Source: Phycisphaerae bacterium
Lineage (GTDB): Bacteria; Planctomycetota; Phycisphaerae; UBA1845
Length of the DNA: 64,000 nt
Direction of reading: 5' to 3'
Assembly (NCBI GenBank): GCA_963666835.2
Contig: CAXXGO010000006.1
Location: forward strand, 1,664,001-1,728,000
Part shown: positions 10,483-21,120 of the stretch, in pieces
Numbering within the stretch: position 1 is the first letter of the stretch
How the letters are laid out: each line of letters begins with the position of its first letter
The notes under the pieces: generated by a model
What the model was told of the DNA's origin: nothing
Database searches by the model: none
Seen by the model: the letters and a program-made list of their open reading frames with translations, nothing else
Translations under genes and position numbers: made by a program

Positions 10483-11004
10483 ATGTTTGATGACAGTATG
10501 GAGATCAAGGACGGGAATAAGCTGTATCCGCTTCATCTATGCACCAGCGGGAGCGAGCCGCTTCCGTTGGTCTTTGAGTTCTGGATGGCGGAGCTGGCCC
10601 GGGATCACCTGCGGTTGGGCGTCTACTTCCGAGCGGTGGCGATCATGTTGCAGATCCCCGGGGCGGCGAAATACGAGTGGGTCGGCGACGACGAGGAGAA
10701 CGAGTATGAAACACCGGACCTTGTCAGGGTGAGCAGCCGCGACGAGCTGCTCGGTGCGCTGGGCGAGTGCTTCCGGCGGCTCGGGGCGGAGCAGCTCATC
10801 GACCAGCTTCCCGACCCGGACGCGGCCGGGCAGGAGGTGTCGGACGATTGGGCCAAGCTTCTGGACAAGCGCGGGAAGGTGGACAACGGGTTGCTGAACG
10901 TCGTGGCCGAGTGCCTGGACAAGCTGATCGTCCGCCCCGGCCTGGCCGAGATCACCGCCCCGGTCACTGAGCCCTGGTGGCAGCGTTGGCGACTGCGGAC
11001 GTAG
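10483..11004 (+). CDS. Hypothetical acidic protein ending in PWWQRW
   Basis: 173 aa ORF with GC-rich third positions; no recognised domain. Confidence 0.6.
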   Translation: MFDDSMEIKDGNKLYPLHLCTSGSEPLPLVFEFWMAELARDHLRLGVYFRAVAIMLQIPGAAKYEWVGDDEENEYETPDLVRVSSRDELLGALGECFRRLGAEQLIDQLPDPDAAGQEVSDDWAKLLDKRGKVDNGLLNVVAECLDKLIVRPGLAEITAPVTEPWWQRWRLRT

Positions 11005-11419
11005 GCAGTCCGCGGGTCGCCGCGTATCTCCCACGGGCGGGTCGCTCACGTTCGCTGTGCTTCTGATAGTAGCCGCGACGTCGCATGTTGCTTGAAGATC
11101 GCGGCAGGTCTCGTTCCTCGACCATGCCCTACAGCTGCGGGCGTAGGCAGTCCGCGGGTCGCCGCGTATCGGCCACGGGCGGGTCGCTTACGCTTGCCGT
11201 CTGATAGTGGCCGCAAGGTCGCTGGTCGCTCGAAGATCGCGGCAGGTCTTCTTCCTCGACCGTGCCATACGCAAGAACGGCGGCAGGTCTCGTTCCTCGA
11301 CGATGCCCTACCATATTGCCGCAAGGTCGCTGGTCGCTCGAAGATCGCGGCAGGTCTTTTTCCTCGACCGTGCCATACGCAAGAACGGCGGCAGGTCTCG
11401 TTCCTCGACCGTGCCCTAC
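11001..11419. repeat. REP-like cluster 1: five GGCAGGTCTCGT(T/G)CCTCGACC(G/A)TGCCCTAC copies plus two GTAGGCAGTCCGCGGGTCGCCGCGTATC repeats
   Basis: Copies at about 11103, 11241, 11282, 11349, 11390; second repeat at 11001 and 11143; lies between convergent genes. Confidence 0.85.
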
Positions 11420-12748
11420 CTATTCGTTTGTTTCGGTCGGCATCTTTTTGAGTAGGTGGACCGCCCAGATTGTGAGGGCGCAGGCCAGGATTACTACCAG
11501 GCCGACGAATGCTGCTTGTTCGAGGCCCTCCCGCTTGGTCGGCTTCGAACTGGGATCGTAACCGACGTTCGGCTGAAGGGCTTCTAGCGACAACGAGGCA
11601 AAATGCCTGAGCTTTGCATGGTCGGACGGGATCAGCTTACCGAGTTCATAGTGCGGTGACGCAACGACGTCGCTACCGACGTGCAGCGTGTAGGTTCTTC
11701 CCGGTTCCGGGACGAAATAGAGGTTCCGCCGGATCCACTCGATCTTGACACTACGGATCCGGAGTGGTGGGTTATCCTCGTTTAGCACTTTGAGCCGAAG
11801 GTAATGCGACGGCTGGTTGAAGCTGATCTTGTCATGTGACTCGGTCATGCCGGGAATCTTGTAGATGGTTCCGCGGGCGGCGACGCGATACTCTGCACCG
11901 CGGTCGTCGGTGGCGGTCAGGAGTTCGACACGACGGTGATAGTACGAGTTCCCGACCTCGAAGGTAACGCGGGCTACCGGTAACCTGCCGCGAAGCTCGA
12001 TCACGCTGTCGCCGTGCTCGTCGATAATAACGGTCGGAGTGTCAATGGTGACGTGGTCGTAGTAGTGTTCTGCCGGTCTCCGCTCACCCGACCAGCCGAG
12101 GATGCGCTCGACGCGAAACGGACCGTCTTTCGTTCCTTCCGTCCAGAACTCCAGACCCTCGTACCGCAAGCGCATCTCCGGGCCGTCCAACGCCGGCGCG
12201 TCGTCGCGAAGACTTAAGCGCAGAAACGCGGAGTCAGTTTCCGGTATTGCGACCGAGGTTTTCCTCAGATCGATCCGTGAAGAGAAGTCGAAGATGGTGT
12301 CGGCGGCTATCTCCCGCATCGCGTCGGGGGTAGGCCCGGCCTCGACTCGGACGTGTTTCTTGAAGTCGCGGCCGGCAATTACAAGTTCGATCTCCCGAAA
12401 CGCCGGAGTACCGCCGGGTCGTCTTACGGTGATGACATCGACCCCATCGGTTTCATCATAAGAGACGATCTCAAAAGCCAAGGACTTCGGCGCTTTGTGC
12501 GCCTCCGTCTGCTGGTAGATGACGTAAGGCGTCTCCTGCCCCAGGTCATCAAACAGACGCATGTTACCGAAGTCCTCTTCAGCTTCCGCGATGATCTCGC
12601 GAGTCAGCGGCGCGGCCATCGGAACATTGGGCGTATACTCACCGCGTACGTCCGCGACGAAGCGGAAGTCAGCCGGGGACGGCCCCGCAGTGGCCGAGGT
12701 TGCGGCAATGAGGCATGCGGTGTACGTGATCCAGAGAAGAGGTCTCAT
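11420..12748 (-). CDS. DUF3999-like exported protein with C-terminal TM anchor
   Basis: Signal peptide, MRLFDDLGQETPY, NEDNPPL, PHYEL, C-terminal TM; coupled to DUF2339 gene (overlap ATGA). Confidence 0.7.
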   Translation of the reverse strand: MRPLLWITYTACLIAATSATAGPSPADFRFVADVRGEYTPNVPMAAPLTREIIAEAEEDFGNMRLFDDLGQETPYVIYQQTEAHKAPKSLAFEIVSYDETDGVDVITVRRPGGTPAFREIELVIAGRDFKKHVRVEAGPTPDAMREIAADTIFDFSSRIDLRKTSVAIPETDSAFLRLSLRDDAPALDGPEMRLRYEGLEFWTEGTKDGPFRVERILGWSGERRPAEHYYDHVTIDTPTVIIDEHGDSVIELRGRLPVARVTFEVGNSYYHRRVELLTATDDRGAEYRVAARGTIYKIPGMTESHDKISFNQPSHYLRLKVLNEDNPPLRIRSVKIEWIRRNLYFVPEPGRTYTLHVGSDVVASPHYELGKLIPSDHAKLRHFASLSLEALQPNVGYDPSSKPTKREGLEQAAFVGLVVILACALTIWAVHLLKKMPTETNE

Positions 12749-14721
12749 GATTCCGTTCTTTCATCCGCGGCGAGGATGCGCCCCTTGAAACGGTGATACA
12801 GGTAAGATGCGCCCACGAGCATCAGTCCAAGAACAAGGAAGGACAGGATTCGGTAGGGCGTATCTACGTTGGCCATATCCCGAACGAATACTTTGATAAT
12901 CGTAGCGGCGAACAAGACGATTGAGCATCGACGCAAGACCGCCTTGTTTCGCACGAAGCCGAGGACCATCAAGGCGGTGGCGAACAGGGCCCACAGCATG
13001 GAGATCGATGCAAACCGCGCGCGGGGGGCGTAATCGTAGCAGCAAGCTGCAACCTCGATGTTCAACACAACGAACAGGAGAACACCGAACAGGCCGAGGA
13101 AGAAGGCGGCTAAGTTTCCCGGCCCGCTTGCGCGGTCGAGCCCCGCGGCCTTGAACATTTGAGCTGCTCGGAACGTAACGCCCAGTGCCACGGCGATCGT
13201 GACCCAGCGTTCAAGCAGAGCCACTTTGAACCCGGAACCGTAATAGAAGTCGGTCAACTGCAGATCGAACACGGCGGGATAATCGTGGATGAAGAGCTTC
13301 ACTACTGCGATCAATAGTAGCATAGTCGCCCCGGCGCGAAGCCTGCTATTGCCGAGCCGCAAAGCCGCCCAAAGCAGGAACACACCCTGGATCGCCCAGA
13401 AGACCGTGATCCAATGCGCGGAGAACAAGATCGGAACCGTGATGACGAGAAACAACAGCCCCTTCGCCAGAAGCAGAATGAACGCGTCGATACTCTCCCG
13501 ATTTCGGCGGTGAAGGTAGGTCGCCATGGTCAAGAAGACGGCTGAGTATGCTACCGAGACAACGCTAACCCATTGGAGTGTGAACAGGTCCCGGATCATC
13601 GCGAACGAGAATCCGAATGCCAGGAAGACGTTGGGAATCGTGATGCTGAATCCGATTACCGGCTGTTTCTGTCTCTTAGAGAAGTAGTAAGCAAACGGGG
13701 CAATGGCGTAGGTCAGGAAGAACAGGTTCAGGAATACCGTAGTCGTCCAGAACTTAGAGTCCGTGTAGTCCGTGAAATACCATGCCGAGAACAGCAGCCA
13801 TGTAAACGTCAGGCCAAGGTAACTCAACAGACGCCACTGTTTGAATGCTGCAATGCCGAGAATGCCGGCGTTCAGGATGGCCATGTACGTCATGAGAGCG
13901 ACCTGATTGTCGGTCCCGGTGCTCAGGACCACCGGGGTCAGAAAGCCACCGATGATACCCAACACGGCCAGCCACTTCGTGTTGTAGAATAGCGCCAGCA
14001 GCCCGGCGAAGGCGGTTACCAGCGCCATGAGCCCGAAGGCCGGAGCTTGACCGATTAGATGGTATATCTGGAACGCCGCGTAGCTTGCGAAGTAGAGCAC
14101 CGCAATCCCGCCGCCCAGCACGTACAGACCGAAAGGATCCAGTCTCTTGCGGCGGCAGAACTCGCCGCCGCCCAGCATGACGATCCCGGCCAGGTAGGCC
14201 AGAGACACGCGCCCGGTAGGCCCGATCCAGTTTCGATCGAACGAGTATTTCAAGAAATAGCCAACGGCCAGGACCGTAATAACCAGGCCGGCGATCAGCA
14301 GCCATTTTTGCCCAAGGCGCACCTCTGCAGCCCCGGCCGCCGCGCGCTCGCGTTCAGTAGCGCGGAGTGCCGCGGGCATTGCCCACGGCGGCGGTTTGGC
14401 GCAGCGATCGCCCGCCGTCTCGCTCGCGCGCGATTCGCCGGAACTCGGAACACGTATTGGTTCTTCGGGTTCCGGCTGCGGCAGCTCATAGAGTGTGGAG
14501 GGAGCTGCTGACGTCAGTTGGTCGATTATCTGTGGCTCCAGCGACTTGAACTTCCGCTCCAGCTCGCGCAGTCGGTCCACGACTACATCAGAGTGGTCTT
14601 GGGCCCGTCTTACCGCGCTTCTGAGTTCTTCGAGCGACTGCAGCACCGTCAAATCGAGGCCGCACTTGGGGCAGGCCTTCTGAAGCAGGGTCGTCCATTC
14701 CTTACATCGTGGGCACTTCAC
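12745..14721 (-). CDS. DUF2339 multi-pass membrane protein
   Basis: E.RLGQKWL...GYFLKYSFD..WIGP.GR, GGFLTP, KVF..D....YRILSFLVLG; N-terminal zinc ribbon. Confidence 0.85.
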   Translation of the reverse strand: MKCPRCKEWTTLLQKACPKCGLDLTVLQSLEELRSAVRRAQDHSDVVVDRLRELERKFKSLEPQIIDQLTSAAPSTLYELPQPEPEEPIRVPSSGESRASETAGDRCAKPPPWAMPAALRATERERAAAGAAEVRLGQKWLLIAGLVITVLAVGYFLKYSFDRNWIGPTGRVSLAYLAGIVMLGGGEFCRRKRLDPFGLYVLGGGIAVLYFASYAAFQIYHLIGQAPAFGLMALVTAFAGLLALFYNTKWLAVLGIIGGFLTPVVLSTGTDNQVALMTYMAILNAGILGIAAFKQWRLLSYLGLTFTWLLFSAWYFTDYTDSKFWTTTVFLNLFFLTYAIAPFAYYFSKRQKQPVIGFSITIPNVFLAFGFSFAMIRDLFTLQWVSVVSVAYSAVFLTMATYLHRRNRESIDAFILLLAKGLLFLVITVPILFSAHWITVFWAIQGVFLLWAALRLGNSRLRAGATMLLLIAVVKLFIHDYPAVFDLQLTDFYYGSGFKVALLERWVTIAVALGVTFRAAQMFKAAGLDRASGPGNLAAFFLGLFGVLLFVVLNIEVAACCYDYAPRARFASISMLWALFATALMVLGFVRNKAVLRRCSIVLFAATIIKVFVRDMANVDTPYRILSFLVLGLMLVGASYLYHRFKGRILAADERTES

Positions 14722-14992
14722 CGGTTCGACCTCCCGACTGCGGCCGCGCGGAGCAAGATGCGGCGTTTCCAGAATGTCTCATTCTGACAAGTGTACCTGA
14801 TGTGCGTCGTGGGTGGTAGGTTATCATGGATTTGGGTTTGGGTGCTCCCTGGAGCACCGCGGGGCGGTTTGGGTGGATACCAAACGCGGACTTGGTAGAC
14901 TGCAAAGAAGAGAATGGCCGCGAGGGCGGGGTGGAACAGCGCCTTCCAGACTTGTGATTCGGATCGAGATCGACGAGCAGGAGCACCATATC

Positions 14993-16099
14993 GTGTCGCA
15001 GCCGACGAACATCAAACGCATCGGGGTATTGACCGGAGGCGGGGACTGCCCCGGGCTCAATGCGGTCATCCGGGCCGTTACCAAGTCCGCCATTAACGAG
15101 CACAACCTGGAAGTCTTCGGTGTCGAGGACGGTTTCCTCGGGCTGATCGAGAACCGGGTGCGCCGGCTGAGTTTCGACGACGCGTCTAATATTCTGGACA
15201 AGGGCGGTACGATTCTGGGGACGAGCAACAAGGCCGACCCGACTCGTTACTGCACCGGCCGGGACGGATCCGGGGCTTTGGTGTTCGAAGACGTTACTGA
15301 CAAAGTCATCCAACACGTGCATAAGCGCGGTCTGGACGCCCTCGTGTGCATCGGCGGTGACGGAACGATGTCAGGAGCGTCGAACTTGATCCGGCGGGGA
15401 CTGCGCGTGGTGGGGGTGCCCAAGACGATCGACAACGATCTCATGCACACCGAAGTCACGTTCGGGTTCGATACCGCCGTATCGGTAGCGGCGGACGCGA
15501 TGGATCGGGTCCGTACGACGGCCGCAAGCCATCATCGCGTGATGCTGGTCGAGATGATGGGGCGTAATGCGGGATGGATCACGCTCAGCGCGGGCACGGC
15601 CAGTGGGGCGGATATCATCCTGATCCCGGAGATCGGCTTCGATCTCGACGTGATTTGCGCTCGGTGTGTCGACCGGAGCAAACGCGACAAGGCGTATACG
15701 CTCATCGCCGTGTCGGAGGGAGCGAAACCTGCCGGCGGTGATGTTGTGGTGGATCGCGTGGTTCACGAGTCGCCGGATCCTATTCGGCTCGGCGGGGTCA
15801 GCGAGGTTCTGTGCGGGCAGATCGCCGAGCGGACGAAGTTGGAGTGCCGCGCGACCATCCTCGGCCACGTTCAACGCGGGGGCAAGCCCACGGCACGCGA
15901 CCGGATCCTCGCAACGCAGTTCGGACACAAAGCCATCGAGCTTCTGGTAGCTGGGCAGTACAACCGGATGGTCGCGATGCAGGAAGGCGGGCTCACCAGC
16001 GTCCCCATCACCGAGGTGGCCGATCAGCAGCGCCTGATCACGCCGGAACACCCCCTAATCGCTGCATGCCGCGCGGTGGGAACCTCGTTTGGCGTCTGA
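14993..16099 (+). CDS. pfkA: 6-phosphofructokinase (group III type, probably ATP-dependent)
   Basis: TGGGDCPGLN, GGTILGTS, GGDGT, PKTIDND, EMMGR, LGHVQRGG; GTG start after CAGGAG. Confidence 0.93.
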   Translation: MSQPTNIKRIGVLTGGGDCPGLNAVIRAVTKSAINEHNLEVFGVEDGFLGLIENRVRRLSFDDASNILDKGGTILGTSNKADPTRYCTGRDGSGALVFEDVTDKVIQHVHKRGLDALVCIGGDGTMSGASNLIRRGLRVVGVPKTIDNDLMHTEVTFGFDTAVSVAADAMDRVRTTAASHHRVMLVEMMGRNAGWITLSAGTASGADIILIPEIGFDLDVICARCVDRSKRDKAYTLIAVSEGAKPAGGDVVVDRVVHESPDPIRLGGVSEVLCGQIAERTKLECRATILGHVQRGGKPTARDRILATQFGHKAIELLVAGQYNRMVAMQEGGLTSVPITEVADQQRLITPEHPLIAACRAVGTSFGV

Positions 16100-16181
16100 C
16101 GCTGGGGAGGCTTGACGAGTGGTCTCAGCTTGGCCATCCGAGCGCGGTGGCTGGCTCGGTGGTTAACCTACTGCTGTGTCG

Positions 16182-16248
16182 GAACTTGCCGATGAGACGG
16201 CTCGAACGCGTACTGGCGTAGTGCCCACTGGAACCTGAATAGAGCGTC
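16182..16248 (-). repeat. Degenerate copy of the 3' part of tRNA-Leu (att-like site)
   Basis: Minus strand GACGCTCTATTCAGGTTCCAGTGGGCACTACGCCAGTACGCGTTCGAGCCGTCTCATCGGCAAGTTC aligns to tRNA 17307-17375. Confidence 0.8.
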
Positions 16249-16458
16249 GCTCAGCACGTCAGACTGTCCAGTTTCCCCATCCGTACCGGACTGTGGTGGA
16301 CGCTGCGTAATCCGTGAACATGTCACTGCCCGTACGGAGAGCCTTCTTCCGTTCGATAGGACCTATCGCCGAGCTGGAGAGAAGCTTGCGTGTCAGGTAT
16401 CATATTATGGAGTGGCCGTGCAGCCTGGCCAAGCCACTTTCGCCTGGAGGATTAAGTC

Positions 16459-16692
16459 ATGGTGTGGCAGGATCGAATCTCGGTGGACCCCAATGTTTGC
16501 CACGGGAGGGCGTGCATCAAAGGGACGCGCGTTATGGTCTCCGTGGTTCTGGACAACCTTGCCGCGGGCGAGTCGCCGGAGAGCATCATTCAGGCGTACC
16601 AACTCACGGCTGACGACATCCATGCTACGCTGATGTATGCCGCGGCGTTGTCCAAGGAGCGCATTGTGCCGCTCAAGGTGGGAGCGGCGTGA
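16459..16692 (+). CDS. DUF433 antitoxin
   Basis: ISVDPNVCHGRACIKGTRVMV...LAAGES...Y.LT..DI.A.L.YAA. Confidence 0.92.
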   Translation: MVWQDRISVDPNVCHGRACIKGTRVMVSVVLDNLAAGESPESIIQAYQLTADDIHATLMYAAALSKERIVPLKVGAA

Positions 16693-17075
16693 TACGTTTC
16701 AAGATCGATGAGAATCTCCATCCCGACGTTGCGTCGTTTCTGCGCGACCACGGTCATGACGCTGTGACCATCTGGGACCAGGGTCTGCGCGGGACGCCAG
16801 ACGCGAACCTGGCGGAGGTCTGCCGCGCGGAAGGCCGGACATTGGTGACGCTCGACCTGGATTTCGCCGACATCCGCGCATATCCACCGGAAGAGTATCC
16901 AGGGTTGGTCGTCCTCCGCATTACTCGACAGGATAGGGTAAGCGTGCTGGATACGCTCGGACGGATCGTGCCGCTTATGGAACGCGAACCTCTGGACATG
17001 CATCTGTGGGTCGTGGACGAACAAAGCGTCAGAATCCGCGGACCGAATGTGGAAGCCGACCAGGGGCACGCATAA
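16689..17075 (+). CDS. DUF5615 PIN-like toxin
   Basis: FKIDENL, LR..GHDA, D..L...C.AEGR.LVT.D.DF; overlaps antitoxin stop (GTGA). Confidence 0.9.
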   Translation: MIRFKIDENLHPDVASFLRDHGHDAVTIWDQGLRGTPDANLAEVCRAEGRTLVTLDLDFADIRAYPPEEYPGLVVLRITRQDRVSVLDTLGRIVPLMEREPLDMHLWVVDEQSVRIRGPNVEADQGHA

Positions 17076-17311
17076 CGGAGTTCGGCGCGATGTTCAGTTG
17101 CTGGGGATGCTCATCCAGCGAGAAGTCGGGGGGGGGCCGTGGAGCGGATGCTGTCTGCCCGACTTGGTGTGTCTGACGATCGGGCTTGTCCGCCCACAAC
17201 AGGAACCTCATGCGGCGTCTGCCCGTGAGAGAGGCCCGCTAGTGGATTCGGCTGAGGCGACCACGCGAACCGGCAGGTCGGAGGGCTCTAACCTACGTTT
17301 AGAAAAGAACT

Positions 17312-17396
17312 TGCGGATGAGAGGACTCGAACCTCCACGGGCGTAATGCCCACTGGCACCTGAAGCCAGCGCGTCTGCCAATTCCGCCACATCCGC
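17312..17396 (-). tRNA. tRNA-Leu (anticodon CAG)
   Basis: GCGGATGTGGCGGAATTGGCAGACGCGCTGGCTTCAGGTGCCAGT...GGTTCGAGTCCTCTCATCCGCA; long variable arm; CCA not encoded. Confidence 0.95.
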
Positions 17397-17559
17397 TCTG
17401 CAACGGCGATCGGGCAAACCCGCCGCCGTCTTGGCAGTCAGCAGGATAGCTACCTTCCCTAACTCGTCAAGCCGGAGCGCGGGCCTTACGCACCACGCGA
17501 ACGTCCGAGAAGTGATGGGAGGTCGGTTGTCGGACGGCTTGGCCCGCTGCTTGTGGCGA

Positions 17560-18390
17560 TCATCCGTCGTCGCGCTCCAACTGAGGGGCCGCCTCGGGAC
17601 GGCCTCGATATGCGTAGTCAGCGTTGAGGATTACCTGGTCCAGGCGGGACAGGATGTTCTCGGGGGCGAGGAAAGTCTCCGCGGGGATCGAAAAGCTGCC
17701 GAACTTGTTCGAGAACGTTCTGACCGAGCCATCGCGATAGAGGACATTGGACGTGCGGGCTTGATGGTTCGTGTGCCGCATGTTAAGCGCTTCCGGTCCG
17801 AGGCTGTTGGTGTCGAATAGCAGCGTCTCGGCTCTGACTTGTTGCTCTTCCACAATGTTGATGCCCAGGTCGGCCAGCTTTCCGCGTCGAGCGGATTCCG
17901 GGAGGAAGTCGAGCTGTCGATAGGTGTAGGAGCCGTACGCGTCGGCGGCCGTGCCGATTCGAGGTAGCTCCTCCTCTGCGTTCATGTAGTCGTCCGCAGG
18001 GCAATAGAACATCTTCTTCGAGCGGGCGTAGTCTCGCATCAGAATGCCCATCCCGTTGTATTGCGTCGGGTGAGATTGGTCGGACTCGCCGATCCATAAC
18101 TGGTTTGTGGCAATGTTGGAGCATGCGAAGTCGAAGGGGCCGGCGGCGTCCGGTCCGCGCGGGATGGAGCCCCAGTTGTCGTTGGCATAGGCCATGATCG
18201 CCACGCCGATCTGGTTCATGTTCGCCCCACAGGCGACAATCTTGGCCTGCTGCCGAGCCCGGCTGAGGGAGGGCAACAGCATGGCAATGAGCAGGGCGAT
18301 GATGGCGATTACCACGAGCAACTCTATCAGAGTGAACCCGGGATCCCGGTGGCCAGACACTCGACTACTGTTTCGTCGGTACATGGACAT
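17560..18390 (-). CDS. Prepilin-type N-terminal cleavage/methylation protein with H-X9-DG-like motif (planctomycete DUF1559-like)
   Basis: [29 protein letters not shown]...C..N..QIG; C-terminal RH...[10 protein letters not shown]. Confidence 0.88.
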   Translation of the reverse strand: MSMYRRNSSRVSGHRDPGFTLIELLVVIAIIALLIAMLLPSLSRARQQAKIVACGANMNQIGVAIMAYANDNWGSIPRGPDAAGPFDFACSNIATNQLWIGESDQSHPTQYNGMGILMRDYARSKKMFYCPADDYMNAEEELPRIGTAADAYGSYTYRQLDFLPESARRGKLADLGINIVEEQQVRAETLLFDTNSLGPEALNMRHTNHQARTSNVLYRDGSVRTFSNKFGSFSIPAETFLAPENILSRLDQVILNADYAYRGRPEAAPQLERDDG

Positions 18391-18558
18391 CCCAGATCGT
18401 GCGTCTCCGGCAATTGCAACCCGCCAGGATCTTAGCGTGACACGTGTTCGGTGAGTAGCCCTCGCCTGGGGGAGAGCACCCGAAACGCGTTGATGTCGTC
18501 TTCGGCCGGGAGGTTGCGGTTTCGAGGCAAGCTCGGTTTCGGTAGGTCAGCCTGCTCA

Positions 18559-21120
18559 CTAGCTCGTAGTGAAGTTGGCGGTAATGGTCTTGTCGCTGTC
18601 CATGGTAATGACGACGCTGGTAGCGGTACCGCTGGCCCCGGTCCAACTGGTGAATGTCGATGCGGTCGGAACGGCGGTTAAAGTGACTTGCTCGCCGTGT
18701 TTGTACACGGTCTTAGCTGGGGTGACCACAATCGTGCCGGCCCCTTCCGGGTTAACCACGGTCGTTAGGGTGTGCGGGGGGTGGAAGACGGCCGTGACGG
18801 AGGCGTCCTCGTCCATGTTGATGGTGACGGTTGGTTCATAGCCTCCGGCGGCGCCGGACCACTGGTCGAACGTATAGTCGCCGGTGGCGGTGGCGGTCAG
18901 AGTCACCGCTTCGCCGGTGGCATAACCGAGCTTAGTGGGGCTGGCGGCCACGCTTCCAGAATCTTCAGGGTCCACGGCTACCGTAAGGTAGACCGGGGCG
19001 AGCCACGCCTCTCCGCCGATCGACATGGTCTTTGGTTGAACCAGATCGTCATAGACCGCATCGTCGTGCATCACCTGGACCTGGTCAACTTCGCCCGGGA
19101 CCGAGGCCGTGCCCAGATTGCCGAAGGAGCCAAACGCGACCGGTTCAGTCCCGCGGACCTTCCATCGTGAGAGCGATGTGCGGATGCTGATCCAGCCTTC
19201 GCTTGCGTTGGTAAGCCCGCCGGATTGAGGAAGCGTGAACGTCGTGCCGTCTTGGGCGAATGCGAAGCGGAACTCGCTCACGTTTCTGGGGATGTAGTCC
19301 GCTCGGAGGAGAAACTCCGTTCTATTGCTGTCGGAGTCGTAAACGCGATCGATAACCTGGATGACTCCCTGGTGAATGTCCGCGTCGATCTCATCCACGT
19401 TTACACTGCTTTCCAGGGTGCCGGTCTGTCCGTAGTGAGAGAACTCGACGCGTACGTTGGCCGTGCCGGTGTTCGTCTGGGTGACGTAGCGGAGATTCCA
19501 TTGTCCGCGAAGATCCGTTGATATATCGGCGAAGGCCCGTTCGAGAGCGGAGGCACTGGCTGCGGCGAAATACGTTCCGGCCGTGCTCTCGGCCATGGTC
19601 TCCAGGGCGGTTTTGTCAAGCACATCACCGAATCCGATCGGATACAGGTTGATTTCCGCGGTGACCGCCGCGGCGGTTACCGATGCGGCATCGGCCGTGC
19701 TTGTCGTGTCTTTTCCGTCGGTCAGGAATACAATTGAGTGGACTTCGCCCGGCTGGCGTTCGGTTTCGGAGAGCGTGGTTATTGCCAGGTCCACGGCATC
19801 CCAGACGCGCGATAGTCCCGATTCCAAATCACCCTCGACCGGGATTCCGTCAATGATGGTCTGCTTGCCGGTAGTGTCGGTCTTGGTTAGCGGCACGGCA
19901 ATGCCGAACCCGTCTTCCGCGTCCAGGCGGTCGTGAAACTCGATGATGCCGACGGATTGGGTGGCCGTGAGGTGCTCGGCCTCTACGAACTCCTTAGTGG
20001 CTTCGACCATAGGGGTGATAGCAGCGGCCGTTTCCATGGACCGCGAGTAGTCAAGCACCAAAAAGATCTGATGCGAGAGGTCCGGGGCCGGGGTCGCGAA
20101 TATACCGGTCTCTTCGTATTCGATCTCGACGCCGTCTTCGAACACGCGAAAATCGTCGGTGGTCAACCCATCCGGGATAGGGTCGCCTTGGGCGTCTTCT
20201 ATGCGCAGGTCGAAGGCTACGACAAACGGGGAACGCGATTGATCGGTCATAAGCTCGATCGTGGGACCGGTCCGTTCGATGCAGACACTCTCCTGGCACA
20301 CTTGGCTTTCGCCGCAATCCGCATCTGAGGTGCAGGTTACCACGGGTAGCTCGGCGGAGATGTTCCGCGAAAAAGTCTCTTCGGCTGCGTCGCATACGAC
20401 ATCGACGAACAACGTTGCATCGCCGGCCTGTTTCACAGTGACGTCGGCAGAGCACAGGTCCGCTTGAGAGAACTCGACGAAGCCGGTTGGTTCCACCGAC
20501 CAGGTGCAAACGCATGTGTCTGGAGCCACCCTCGCGGCACTAGTGTCAGAGTCAGCTTCAGTTTCGGTGTCCGTTTCAGAGGCCGAATCGGTTTCAGACT
20601 CGGATTCGTCGTCGGTAGTTGTGTCGGCGTCTTGGTCCGAAGTCTCTTCTTCCAGATTGCTCGGGGCGGGGGCGACCAGGGCATAGGTCTGATCTACGAC
20701 CAGGTTGTCAAACGGCACCGTCGGGTTTTCGGCGTCGAGCCCCGTTGGCGTCGTTGAAACGGCCTCGCAGAGCCCGTCCAGGCAGGTTTGTCCTTCCTGG
20801 CAGTCCTCGTCGGTCGTACAAACAGACTGAGTGGTATCGAGCTCACACAGACTATCCAGGCAGATCCACCCGTCGGCACAATCTGCGTCGCTAACACACT
20901 CGGCTTCGGTGTCGTCCGGGAGGCACTCACCGTTCACGCATTGTTCACCGTCGGCGCACTCTACGTCTGCGCAGAGGTCAGGTGCCGACGTCGTGCCGAT
21001 CTGACAGGCGGTTGCCAGGAGCATGACCGCGACCGCTGCGAGCAGGATTCGAGTTGTCGGTCCCGTTATCACCGTCCGCTCTCGCAGTGCTGATTCTCTC
21101 ATCCCACATTTGGGGCGCAC
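18559..21120 (-). CDS. Lipoprotein with Cys-rich repeats, VWA domain and two C-terminal bacterial-repeat (InlB B-like) domains
   Basis: Lipobox LLATAC; C..D.DC..G..C....C repeats; MIDAS DYSRSM and LTDG; VTLTA....Y.F..WSG repeats; start may be slightly downstream. Confidence 0.8.
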   Translation of the reverse strand: MRPKCGMRESALRERTVITGPTTRILLAAVAVMLLATACQIGTTSAPDLCADVECADGEQCVNGECLPDDTEAECVSDADCADGWICLDSLCELDTTQSVCTTDEDCQEGQTCLDGLCEAVSTTPTGLDAENPTVPFDNLVVDQTYALVAPAPSNLEEETSDQDADTTTDDESESETDSASETDTETEADSDTSAARVAPDTCVCTWSVEPTGFVEFSQADLCSADVTVKQAGDATLFVDVVCDAAEETFSRNISAELPVVTCTSDADCGESQVCQESVCIERTGPTIELMTDQSRSPFVVAFDLRIEDAQGDPIPDGLTTDDFRVFEDGVEIEYEETGIFATPAPDLSHQIFLVLDYSRSMETAAAITPMVEATKEFVEAEHLTATQSVGIIEFHDRLDAEDGFGIAVPLTKTDTTGKQTIIDGIPVEGDLESGLSRVWDAVDLAITTLSETERQPGEVHSIVFLTDGKDTTSTADAASVTAAAVTAEINLYPIGFGDVLDKTALETMAESTAGTYFAAASASALERAFADISTDLRGQWNLRYVTQTNTGTANVRVEFSHYGQTGTLESSVNVDEIDADIHQGVIQVIDRVYDSDSNRTEFLLRADYIPRNVSEFRFAFAQDGTTFTLPQSGGLTNASEGWISIRTSLSRWKVRGTEPVAFGSFGNLGTASVPGEVDQVQVMHDDAVYDDLVQPKTMSIGGEAWLAPVYLTVAVDPEDSGSVAASPTKLGYATGEAVTLTATATGDYTFDQWSGAAGGYEPTVTINMDEDASVTAVFHPPHTLTTVVNPEGAGTIVVTPAKTVYKHGEQVTLTAVPTASTFTSWTGASGTATSVVITMDSDKTITANFTTS

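Noticed and set aside
17128..17136. Poly-G tracts (also about 28265-28274) as phase-variation sites
   Set aside because: Intergenic, not within a supported ORF or promoter spacer
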